Both the position numbers and the translations under genes were made by a program. The notes beneath the pieces were generated by a model that searched no databases, had not been told where the DNA came from, and saw only the letters and a program-made list of their open reading frames with translations. 37,046 bases of DNA, from NCBI GenBank assembly GCA_018224345.1, contig JAGTUW010000302.1, forward strand, positions 1-37,046, given 5' to 3'. Below, piece by piece: positions 26,325 to 35,501 of the stretch. This DNA is from Bacteroidota bacterium. Lineage in GTDB: Bacteria > Bacteroidota > Ignavibacteria > SZUA-365. Positions within the stretch are counted from its first letter, which is position 1; each line of letters starts with the position of its first letter.

Positions 26325-26957
26325 TTACCTCAAATCAATTATCTCCGCCTGGGCGGGAGCTTCGAATACGAATTGATTATCCGACACCTTCGTGTCGATG
26401 ACGAAACTCTCGATATCATATGTCGTTACGGCACCGTTGATGTCTGTAATTTCCACTCTGCGGATCAGCCAGTCCTTGCTCACCCATATCTTCATCGCCG
26501 TGGCGAAAGAATTATCGTCCTTTGGTGTCAACCGCAATACATACGTATTCACCGGCCCGAGGGCCTCCTCTCCGATCAATGTGGAAAAATAATCCTTCGG
26601 ATAAGAGAGAAGAAGCTGCTCGGGCGACAATGAATGCGTCTCCTCCCGATAATTATCAATGACCATCTGACGATTCTGCGGGTTCCATGACCAGGAAGTG
26701 ACACCATCGGTCACGACGGTACGTTCCTCCGTCTCTATTCTGTATCTGTTTGGCTTTTTGAACAGCAGTGTCCCTTTTATGCTCTGCTCGGCGCGGGAGA
26801 CTTTGAAGCGCACGCTCTGCGTGAATTCAATCCTGGCATCGGTCATGCGTTCATACTGACTCTGTACTTTCTCGATGATCTTTCGCGCCTCTCCCGCCGT
26901 TGCCACCGACAAAGGCAACAATAACAGCGAAACGAAGAGCAATACTGACTTTTTCAT
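26325..26957 (-). CDS. lolA: outer-membrane lipoprotein carrier protein LolA
   Basis: The internal ATG at 26957 (MKKSVLLFVSLLLLPLSVATAGE) is preceded by GAAGGAGA and lies just after the ftsK stop (26968-26970). Size, signal peptide and the pattern ...ARIEFTQSV......GTLLFKKPNRYRIE...TVVTDGVTSWSWNPQNRQ.. fit LolA. The ftsK-lolA order is widely conserved. Confidence 0.8.
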   Translation of the reverse strand: MKKSVLLFVSLLLLPLSVATAGEARKIIEKVQSQYERMTDARIEFTQSVRFKVSRAEQSIKGTLLFKKPNRYRIETEERTVVTDGVTSWSWNPQNRQMVIDNYREETHSLSPEQLLLSYPKDYFSTLIGEEALGPVNTYVLRLTPKDDNSFATAMKIWVSKDWLIRRVEITDINGAVTTYDIESFVIDTKVSDNQFVFEAPAQAEIIDLR

Positions 26958-26967
26958 GCGTTCTCCT

Positions 26968-29832
26968 TCACAACGTTTGCAGAATATCTTCCAAATGCCC
27001 TTCATCTTCAACCATCACCTGCCTCGCTTTGCTCCCATCGTAAGGTCCCACAATGCCTGCCATTTCAAGTTGATCGACAATACGCGCCGCTCGTGAGTAC
27101 CCGATCTTCAATCGGCGCTGCAACAGTGAAACGGATCCCTGCTGATGACGGACGATTAACCGTGCTGCCTCGAACAGCAAATCATCACTGCCTATCTCTT
27201 CCTCGCGGGTCTTCGTCTTCTGCTGTGCCCGTACCGAGGGAAGCATGTAAGGCCGCTGAAATCCGTGCTGCTTCCCGATGAACTCCACGACACGCTCGAC
27301 TTCGGCCGTCGAAAGATACGCATTCTGAATGCGGACAGGCTTCGGCTGGCCCCCGGGCAGAAACAACATGTCGCCGTTCCCGAGCAACTGATCTGCTCCG
27401 GTACCATCCAGTACCGTTCTGCTGTCAATACGACTCGCAACCTGATAGGCGATGCGCGCCGGAAAATTTGCCTTGATCACGCCGGTGATGACATCGACAG
27501 AAGGACGCTGCGTCGCAACAATAAGATGCACACCCACCGCACGCGCCAGTTGCGCCAGCCGCGCAATCGGTTCCTCGACTTCACGCGCGGCCGTGATCAT
27601 CAAATCTGCCAGCTCATCTATAATTACCACAATATATGGCAATTGATAATGCCTGAGCAACTCGCTGTCGCGTACCTGCCCTGCCTTTACCTTCGCATTG
27701 TAATCATCGACATGCCGCACACCAGCCTTCGCCAGCTTCGTGTATCGCATGTCCATTTCCAGCTCGAGACTCTTCAATACAATAACGGCGTTGGCAGGGT
27801 CGGTGATAATCTCTTCCTCGATATCCGGACAAATAGCAAGAAAATGCTTGCTCAGCCCGCGATACTGCGCCAACTCGATCTTCTTGGGGTCGATCATCAC
27901 GAACTTGACCTGCTGCGGCTTCATTCTGTACAGTAATGACGTAATCATCACGTTGATCCCGACACTCTTGCCGGCACCGGTTGCACCAGCAATCAACAGA
28001 TGAGGCATGCGCGCCAGATCGTCGCAGACGACATCACCCGTGATGGATTTCCCCATCCCGAGCGTCAGACGATGCTTCGACCCCTTGAATTCAGAAGAAG
28101 TTACGATACTCCGGAAATTTACCAACTCGGGAGTGCTGTTCGGTATCTCTATGCCGACAGCACTCTTTCCGGGAATCGGCGCGATAATGCGAATTCCCTT
28201 CGCAGCAAGCGCCAGTGCGAGATCGTCTGAAAGAGCAGTGATTTTACTGATTTTTACGCTCGAATCCGGAACAAGCTCAAACAGGGTGACGACAGGACCC
28301 GGCGCAACCGCGATACTCTCAATTCCGATACCGAATATCGCCAGCTTCTCCTTTACAAGGGCCGCCTTGTTACGCAATTCATCATCGGAGACAGTGCTAC
28401 CCGTCTCCTGCTGATCAAGCAGATCGGCAGTGGGAAATCTGTACCGCAATTCGGTCTCGGCCAATTGCTTGTTGAGGTCATCGGCATCGGTGGCATCCGT
28501 CGTCTGCATGACCTTGCGCGCGACTGCAGCCTGCACTGCCTTGCGCTCGTGTTCGTTCGGTAACACTTCGGACAATGCCGCAGCACGCTCCGAAGTCCCC
28601 ACGTCCCCTGATCCGGAATCTGCGCGCCGACCCGGTGGCGAGACAGACTGCTCTCCCGATGCCTCCTCTGTGGTCGACGGACTCCCGTCAGACGTTGTTT
28701 CGCGCGAAGAAGAATGCTTTTCCGGTACCGCTGCGCTCCTGACCCCGGATACCGAAGAACGCCCCGTCGGAGCACCATGAGAGGTAGAACTTCCGGATGC
28801 AGCAGCAGCGGACGCGCCCGGTAGTGAACCGAGCCCCTCGACGGAGTCGCGTGAGATAACCCCGTTCGAACGCGGTGGCAGCCCCTCCTCGCTGGCGGAC
28901 ATCGCGGCACCTGCAGCAGTATCCGCACCCGCGCGCTGCCTCGAGATCGATACATTCAATGGCGGGGCAGGAGACGGAGCCAAAGGCGTTTCCGCAGGCT
29001 TCCCGCTTCGTCGGGCGGAACCGGCCGGACGATCAGCTGGATGGCGCTCCGCTGCATCCGCGAGGGTTTCCTCCTGCTGCCCGCTGTCGGTCGCCCCACG
29101 ATCCGATTTGAAGGCATCATTGAGGGCACCGGCCTTGCCTGTAATTGTCGCTCTCAGCCAGTCGAGCATGCGTCGCCCACGATCAATAGTGCTCTGAATA
29201 TCGTAATCGACTACGACCACCGCCAACACGATAATAGTCGTCATGATGACGATGATACCACCTGTGGTTCCGATCAGGCGCGAAATCAATCCACCGACGA
29301 AATCACCGATGTTACCGGACCACGAGGCTGAGAGCTCGGGCATCCAGGTAATGAGGCGGAGCAAACCGAAAAACGTGGACAACAACAGAATGAGTACCAA
29401 CGTGTAATTGGTATAGTAGGCAAGTGCACGCAGGTCACGGCGGCGAAGAATCGACCAACCCCAGAACATCAACAGCACGGGAAATGCAAGCGACAGATAC
29501 CCGACGGTAGTGTTGATGAAGAAGTTGGCGAGAATGGCACCGAACAAACCCAGCCAGTTCGTTGTTGTGTCCGCGCGTGCCTGAATTTCCGGATCGCCAC
29601 CAAAAAGCCGGAGAAAATCAGCAAACCCGATGTCCGCGACGGTCTCGTCGGCATGACTATGCGAAATCAGTGCAAGCAACAGCAGAAAGGCCGTGGCCAT
29701 CATCAGCAAGCCAATGATGTCAAGCTTGCGCTTCGCGTCCAGAGGCGATCGCGTTTGCGCTGTCTCTTTCCTGCCGGCAGTATGTTTGCTTTTTCTTCTC
29801 AATAGATATAGATAGGTGCATGGCGCGTACAA
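26968..29832 (-). CDS. ftsK: DNA translocase FtsK
   Basis: An N-terminal 4-TM region is followed by a ~220-aa Ser/Ala/Pro-rich linker. The motor domain carries Walker A MPHLLIAGATGAGKSVGIN and Walker B PYIVVIIDELADLM, plus LIVATQRPSVDVITG. The C-terminal gamma wHTH reads SVSLLQRRLKIGYSRAARIVDQLEMAGIVGP. The start is uncertain (TTG at 29832 or TTG at 29802). Confidence 0.9.
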   Translation of the reverse strand: MYAPCTYLYLLRRKSKHTAGRKETAQTRSPLDAKRKLDIIGLLMMATAFLLLLALISHSHADETVADIGFADFLRLFGGDPEIQARADTTTNWLGLFGAILANFFINTTVGYLSLAFPVLLMFWGWSILRRRDLRALAYYTNYTLVLILLLSTFFGLLRLITWMPELSASWSGNIGDFVGGLISRLIGTTGGIIVIMTTIIVLAVVVVDYDIQSTIDRGRRMLDWLRATITGKAGALNDAFKSDRGATDSGQQEETLADAAERHPADRPAGSARRSGKPAETPLAPSPAPPLNVSISRQRAGADTAAGAAMSASEEGLPPRSNGVISRDSVEGLGSLPGASAAAASGSSTSHGAPTGRSSVSGVRSAAVPEKHSSSRETTSDGSPSTTEEASGEQSVSPPGRRADSGSGDVGTSERAAALSEVLPNEHERKAVQAAVARKVMQTTDATDADDLNKQLAETELRYRFPTADLLDQQETGSTVSDDELRNKAALVKEKLAIFGIGIESIAVAPGPVVTLFELVPDSSVKISKITALSDDLALALAAKGIRIIAPIPGKSAVGIEIPNSTPELVNFRSIVTSSEFKGSKHRLTLGMGKSITGDVVCDDLARMPHLLIAGATGAGKSVGINVMITSLLYRMKPQQVKFVMIDPKKIELAQYRGLSKHFLAICPDIEEEIITDPANAVIVLKSLELEMDMRYTKLAKAGVRHVDDYNAKVKAGQVRDSELLRHYQLPYIVVIIDELADLMITAAREVEEPIARLAQLARAVGVHLIVATQRPSVDVITGVIKANFPARIAYQVASRIDSRTVLDGTGADQLLGNGDMLFLPGGQPKPVRIQNAYLSTAEVERVVEFIGKQHGFQRPYMLPSVRAQQKTKTREEEIGSDDLLFEAARLIVRHQQGSVSLLQRRLKIGYSRAARIVDQLEMAGIVGPYDGSKARQVMVEDEGHLEDILQTL

Positions 29833-29853
29833 ACAGCGCCTGCCTGCCCTTTG

Positions 29854-30939
<1,086 letters not shown>

Positions 30940-30987
30940 TTCAATCGGCCGTTGAGTATGTGAAAAAATGTGATTGCAGTCCGGGTT

Positions 30988-31641
30988 CTATACGAAACGG
31001 GCGTCACTCTTTTTCCAGTCATCGAGAAAACGCTGTAACCCGCTGTCGGTCAAAGGGTGCGCGAACATCTGATCTATGACCTTGAACGGAATGGTCGCAA
31101 CATCCGCACCCAGCAAGCCCGCCTGCAGGATGTGTAGCGGATGGCGAATGCTGGCAACGAGTACCTGCGTCCGGTAATCGTAATTTCTGTAAATGGTGAT
31201 GATCTGCTCGATGAGTTCCATCCCATCAATGCTGATATCGTCGAGACGGCCGACAAAAGGCGAGATGTACGTGGCTCCGGCTTTCGCGGCAAGCAGCGCC
31301 TGCGTCGGAGAAAAACAGAGGGTGACGTTGGTTTTTATGCCCTCATCCGAGAGACTCCGCACTGCCTTGAGTCCCTCGCGAATCAAGGGAACCTTGATGA
31401 CGATATTTTCATGAATCTTCGCCAGCTCATGCGCCTCGCGGAGAATACCTTCCTGATCGGTGGAAACCACTTCGGCGGAGACGGGACCATCGACAATCGC
31501 CAGAATTTCATCGAGCAATTGACGGAAATCCTTCCCCTCCTTTGCAACGAGCGATGGATTCGTCGTCACTCCATCCAATATCCCCAAACCGGCAGCTTCA
31601 CGAATTTCATCAATGTTTGCACTGTCAATGAAGAATTTCAT
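30988..31641 (-). CDS. fsa: short-type transaldolase / fructose-6-phosphate aldolase (TalC/FSA subfamily)
   Basis: The ORF is 217 aa. [42 protein letters not shown] (Schiff-base Lys region), NVTLCFS and [11 protein letters not shown] are present. Confidence 0.9.
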   Translation of the reverse strand: MKFFIDSANIDEIREAAGLGILDGVTTNPSLVAKEGKDFRQLLDEILAIVDGPVSAEVVSTDQEGILREAHELAKIHENIVIKVPLIREGLKAVRSLSDEGIKTNVTLCFSPTQALLAAKAGATYISPFVGRLDDISIDGMELIEQIITIYRNYDYRTQVLVASIRHPLHILQAGLLGADVATIPFKVIDQMFAHPLTDSGLQRFLDDWKKSDARFV

Positions 31642-31760
31642 TTTCGACCTCAGAGTTTACTTTAAGTGAAGTTGCCAAACAGAATACTGGAAAATATGAA
31701 ACAGGATTCCAACATGCAATTGTTTTCAGAAATCCTGCGGAAAAATCATGAAGAGAATAT

Positions 31761-32201
31761 TCATTGCTCCCGTGTACGCCCGGCTTCGGCATAGGATATG
31801 TCTGTTTCCTGCAATCGAAGACGAAGACCGGAAATTTGTGGAAAAACAGAGAACAGTTCCCAAAGTCTGTCAAGAAAATGGAAGACCAGGTTCTCGGCGG
31901 TTGTGGTGAAGGAAACAACCTTGAATTTGAAATTCGTTGTCTTCAGAAAACGCAACATGACATCATCGTTTTCGTCACAGAGAAAACAATGATCGAATTC
32001 GTCGATGACGGGCATGACGAGTTGTTTCATTTCACCGTAGTCAATCATCATACCGTTGGCGTCGCAATGTCCTTCAATCTCCACCCACAACTTGTAGGAA
32101 TGTCCGTGAATGTTGGCACAACCCGACAGATGAAACGGCAGGCGATGTCCCATCTCCCAGTGAAATTCACGCGCTATCCTCAGCGTCCTTGTCATTATCA
32201 T
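31761..32201 (-). CDS. queD: 6-carboxy-5,6,7,8-tetrahydropterin synthase (6-pyruvoyl-tetrahydropterin synthase family)
   Basis: The ATG is at 32199-32201. FHWEMGHRLP...CANIHGHSYKLWVEIEG (zinc-binding His triad region), DYGEMK and a ~146-aa size fit QueD. Confidence 0.85.
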   Translation of the reverse strand: MIMTRTLRIAREFHWEMGHRLPFHLSGCANIHGHSYKLWVEIEGHCDANGMMIDYGEMKQLVMPVIDEFDHCFLCDENDDVMLRFLKTTNFKFKVVSFTTTAENLVFHFLDRLWELFSVFPQISGLRLRLQETDISYAEAGRTREQ

Positions 32202-32478
32202 CGATCCTTGATTCGTTGAAAAGCCATATCCTTATAATGTAGCTTCGATATGTCCTGAATTGCAAGGCGGAAAAACATCTCAATCATTGTCACGTCCATC
32301 AAAAACATGAAGACTCAACATATCAGCGCAAGGAGGGCTTTTGAGGGTGATGTCGATGATGCACGCGGTTTGATCGTGAAATTCATCGAATCCTCCCGGA
32401 AAAAATCCTGAATGATCCCTGTAAACTCCGTATTACCTCTTTCAAAAACTTCTCCCTGACCGGAAGCGGTAACTGAGC

Positions 32479-33585
32479 TCACTTCTCCACACGTATCATG
32501 AACACCATGCCAGCTGTGAAGAACAGCAGATTGGGCAACCATGCGGCAAGGAGCGCGGGAATATGCCCGTTATAGCCAAAAATCTGACTGAGCTTCTGAC
32601 TCACCATATAGAGAAAAAGGACAAAGATACTGATGCCGAACTGTACGGCCAGACCGCTGCGACGTTTCATCGATGCGAACGGAACCCCGAAAAATACTAC
32701 GACAAGGGATGCGAAAGGAAAGGCGATCTTGCCAAGATAGTCTACCCGCAGCCGTGTGATGTCGCTCCCCGCCAGACGCTGTCGCTCGATATATCCGCGG
32801 AAGTCCTCCAATTCCATTTCCTCCGGTTTCTGCTGCATCCTGATGATGATGTCGGGAGTGACAACAAGCGGCCCCATCGCCAGACTGTCGAATGCACTGA
32901 CCAACTCGCGTTCCTCGACCGTGACGGAACTGTCATTGATAAATTCGCGCTGTATACCATTGTACATCATCCAGGCACCTTCCTCATCTTTCCACACCAT
33001 ACGCTCCGCATCGATACGTCGCAGCATCACGGTAGGGTCGGCCTGCGCGAATTGCTGCAGAGTGACACGGCGGGCTGTGGCCGCCGGCTGATCGTAGTAA
33101 TCGAGCGTAAGAATTCTGTTCTTTCCTTCCTGGAAAAAGAGATTGTGCTTCCCGCGCATCTGGGCATGTTTCTTGAGATGCTCGCGTTCGATATTCACCC
33201 GTGCAGTATTGATATGCGGTACCAGCCAGCCATCAAAGCCCAGCATGAGGAGACTCACCAATACACCAATACCGACCAATGGGAGCATGAAACGGTAGAG
33301 CGAAACACCAGCGCATTTTATGATGGTCAACTCGTTGTTGTTGCTCAAGCGGCCCACGGTGAACAGCACGGAAAGCAGCATGGCGACAGGAACCATGAGA
33401 CTGAAGATATGGGGGATGAAATACACGTAGTACAACACTATGGTCTGGACATCCACCCCCTGATCGATGAAATTGTCGAGATTCTCGATCATGTCGACAA
33501 GAATGAAAATTGTACTGAACGCAACAATACCGAAACCGATCATCTTGAGAAACTGAACGGCGATATATCGATCCAACCTGGTCAT
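32479..33585 (-). CDS. LptF/LptG-family LPS export permease (LptG-like, 368 aa)
   Basis: MTRLDRYIAVQFLKMIGFGIVAFSTIFILVDMIENLDNFI is the typical YjgP/YjgQ N-terminus. It has a 3+3 TM layout around a ~130-aa periplasmic domain. Its start overlaps the stop of the upstream paralogue (33582-33585). Confidence 0.8.
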   Translation of the reverse strand: MTRLDRYIAVQFLKMIGFGIVAFSTIFILVDMIENLDNFIDQGVDVQTIVLYYVYFIPHIFSLMVPVAMLLSVLFTVGRLSNNNELTIIKCAGVSLYRFMLPLVGIGVLVSLLMLGFDGWLVPHINTARVNIEREHLKKHAQMRGKHNLFFQEGKNRILTLDYYDQPAATARRVTLQQFAQADPTVMLRRIDAERMVWKDEEGAWMMYNGIQREFINDSSVTVEERELVSAFDSLAMGPLVVTPDIIIRMQQKPEEMELEDFRGYIERQRLAGSDITRLRVDYLGKIAFPFASLVVVFFGVPFASMKRRSGLAVQFGISIFVLFLYMVSQKLSQIFGYNGHIPALLAAWLPNLLFFTAGMVFMIRVEK

Positions 33586-35048
33586 CGCGGCCCCCCGTCA
33601 CCAACAGCATCATTCCTGAGCCATTTCCTGATCCGTGCAAGACCGGGAAGGGAATCCGCGATGCCGCTCCAGTCGATAATGCGTGTCTCACGGGCTGAAC
33701 GCCAGACGAGAATGACCCCCAGGATGCCGAGAATGATATTTGCGACCCACATTCCCCAGAATGGAGAGAGTTCGCCGCGATCTGCCAGTTTCTCTCCTCC
33801 GATCAGACACGCCCAGTAAAAGAGGAAGAAGCCGAGACTCAAGCCAGCCCCGACACCAAAACCGCCACGCCGCGCCATCATGCCCAACGGGACACCGATC
33901 AATGCGAACACCAGAGAGGCCACTGGAATCGAGTACTTCTTGTAGATTTCGACCCGGAAGCGGTCCATCTGCCGCACATCGAATTCCATACCACTCCATT
34001 CCGCCATGGACTGCGCCTGCAGTTGCCTTGCGTCATTGAGTGCACGGTGCACTGCCGCCAGTGTGTCACGGACAACAGCGGAATCACCATCAAGCGTATC
34101 CCTGTCAACAGGCATATCCGGCATGAATGGCGAAGGCGCGACACTGTAATACACCACATTGCCGTGGAAAAATCCGCGCAGATGCCTGACCACACGTTCT
34201 TCAGCGTTCCGGATCTTGCTTTCTCTTTCTTTATCTATGGAATCGACAATCGCCTGCATCATCGGTGCGCTCATCGTTCTGTCGTCGCGACGGGTTGAGG
34301 AGGCGTCGCTGCGTTGAAAACCAAAACCGCTCGCCGGCATGGTTACCCGATGACGCTCGAAACGCAGCTTTCTGTAATCCAGAAAGGTCTTATTGTCGAC
34401 TTCGTGAATCTCTCCGTCACGGAGATCCATGATGATACGGCTGTAATCGGCCGAGAAACTGACTGTTCCGCTTTTTGCAGTCAGCACCACCGCGTGTTCC
34501 GGATCGGAGAGATCGTAGAGAGTCACGCCCTCCAGGTCGTTGCTTTTCTCGAAGGTCCGACGCACGAGAATGCGGTAACTTGGTAATTCATGTTCATTCG
34601 TGAATACTCCCGCCTGCAGGGATAGCGTGGGTTTGATGCGTACGATGTCGGTCATCAGCGTCTGCAATCTGACATTGGCATCGGGCAACACGCTGTTGTT
34701 GAACCAGAGAAGACCGAACATCACTGCAGTCGCAGCCAGCAATACGGGAGCCATCATCCGGTACAGACTCATACCGCTGGTACGCATCACCGTTATTTCG
34801 TTGTCGGCCGAAAGTCTGCCGAAGGCCATCAACGTTGCGACAAGCACGGCCATGGGCACGGAAAGTACCAGTATCCACGCAAGATTCAAGCCGATCAATT
34901 CAACAATGACCCAGACACTGAGGCCCTTTCCCACCAGGTCACCCGCACGCTTCATCAGAAACTGAAGAAGGAAAAGGAATATAATGACCGCATTTGCAAA
35001 TATGAAAGGCCCTATATGCGCTCGCAGTATGTGTCGCCAGAGAATCAT
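33582..35048 (-). CDS. LptF/LptG-family LPS export permease (LptF-like, 488 aa) with an enlarged periplasmic domain
   Basis: The internal ATG at 35048 (MILWRHILRAHIGPFIFANAVIIFLFLLQFLM) gives the canonical family N-terminus; the longer track ORF adds a non-homologous basic leader. SADNEITVMRTSGMSLYRM and YKKYSIPVASLVFALIGVPLG are present. Confidence 0.8.
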   Translation of the reverse strand: MILWRHILRAHIGPFIFANAVIIFLFLLQFLMKRAGDLVGKGLSVWVIVELIGLNLAWILVLSVPMAVLVATLMAFGRLSADNEITVMRTSGMSLYRMMAPVLLAATAVMFGLLWFNNSVLPDANVRLQTLMTDIVRIKPTLSLQAGVFTNEHELPSYRILVRRTFEKSNDLEGVTLYDLSDPEHAVVLTAKSGTVSFSADYSRIIMDLRDGEIHEVDNKTFLDYRKLRFERHRVTMPASGFGFQRSDASSTRRDDRTMSAPMMQAIVDSIDKERESKIRNAEERVVRHLRGFFHGNVVYYSVAPSPFMPDMPVDRDTLDGDSAVVRDTLAAVHRALNDARQLQAQSMAEWSGMEFDVRQMDRFRVEIYKKYSIPVASLVFALIGVPLGMMARRGGFGVGAGLSLGFFLFYWACLIGGEKLADRGELSPFWGMWVANIILGILGVILVWRSARETRIIDWSGIADSLPGLARIRKWLRNDAVGDGGPR

Positions 35049-35501
35049 TGTCTGATAACGTGCCTGTCCGCAACTACCACGGGAATGGGCGCATGCGGTT
35101 TTCCATTGCTTTCGTCTGCTGTTCTTTCTATCATTGAAAATAGTTTGACGCCGGGACAATCATCCTTGCCAGGCCCGTCCCGAAGTAACGGGACCCCACC
35201 GGATGATGAAATGCAGTCGCCGTGTCAAGGTTGAATATACCGAATTTCTGCCATTGTGTCCCTTGCACCAGAACACGCCATGTTCTAATTTTACCAGTTA
35301 CCTGAGAATCGTTCCGGGACACGGTCATCCATCACGATCCTCCCCACACAGTTCTCCATATGCATTCCAACGGCCAAGAGGTTTCTATCGCACTGATCGC
35401 TACGTCATGACATCTCGTGTAACGCACACAGCGGCAGACGTTTGAACTTCAACCTGACACGTATGAACATTAATTCTCCGCGAGCGGGGCGGGGGAATGG
35501 T

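Noticed and set aside
28200-29100. A Ser/Ala/Pro/Gly-rich low-complexity stretch with long overlapping alternative-frame ORFs (28353-28955, 28430-28780).
   Set aside because: This is the ordinary disordered linker between the membrane and motor domains of FtsK. The alternative frames are compositional artefacts.
30940-30987. A glycine riboswitch upstream of gcvT (and in the spacer upstream of the NSS transporter).
   Set aside because: The gcvT upstream gap is only 48 nt. Neither region contains the tandem GGAGAG...CACCG...GGGCAA-type aptamer cores.
32202-32478. A preQ1 riboswitch upstream of queD, and the 75-aa track ORF 32315-32542.
   Set aside because: There is no preQ1-I/II-like stem plus A-rich tail adjacent to the RBS. 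The ORF overlaps the end of the Lpt permease gene, lacks an RBS and has Ser/Thr-rich, odd composition.
32563-33819. A 418-aa plus-strand ORF spanning the two Lpt permease genes.
   Set aside because: It is antisense to two genes that carry clear YjgP/YjgQ family motifs and a TM pattern. Its composition is His/Arg/Asp-rich and not protein-like, and it crosses a gene boundary.
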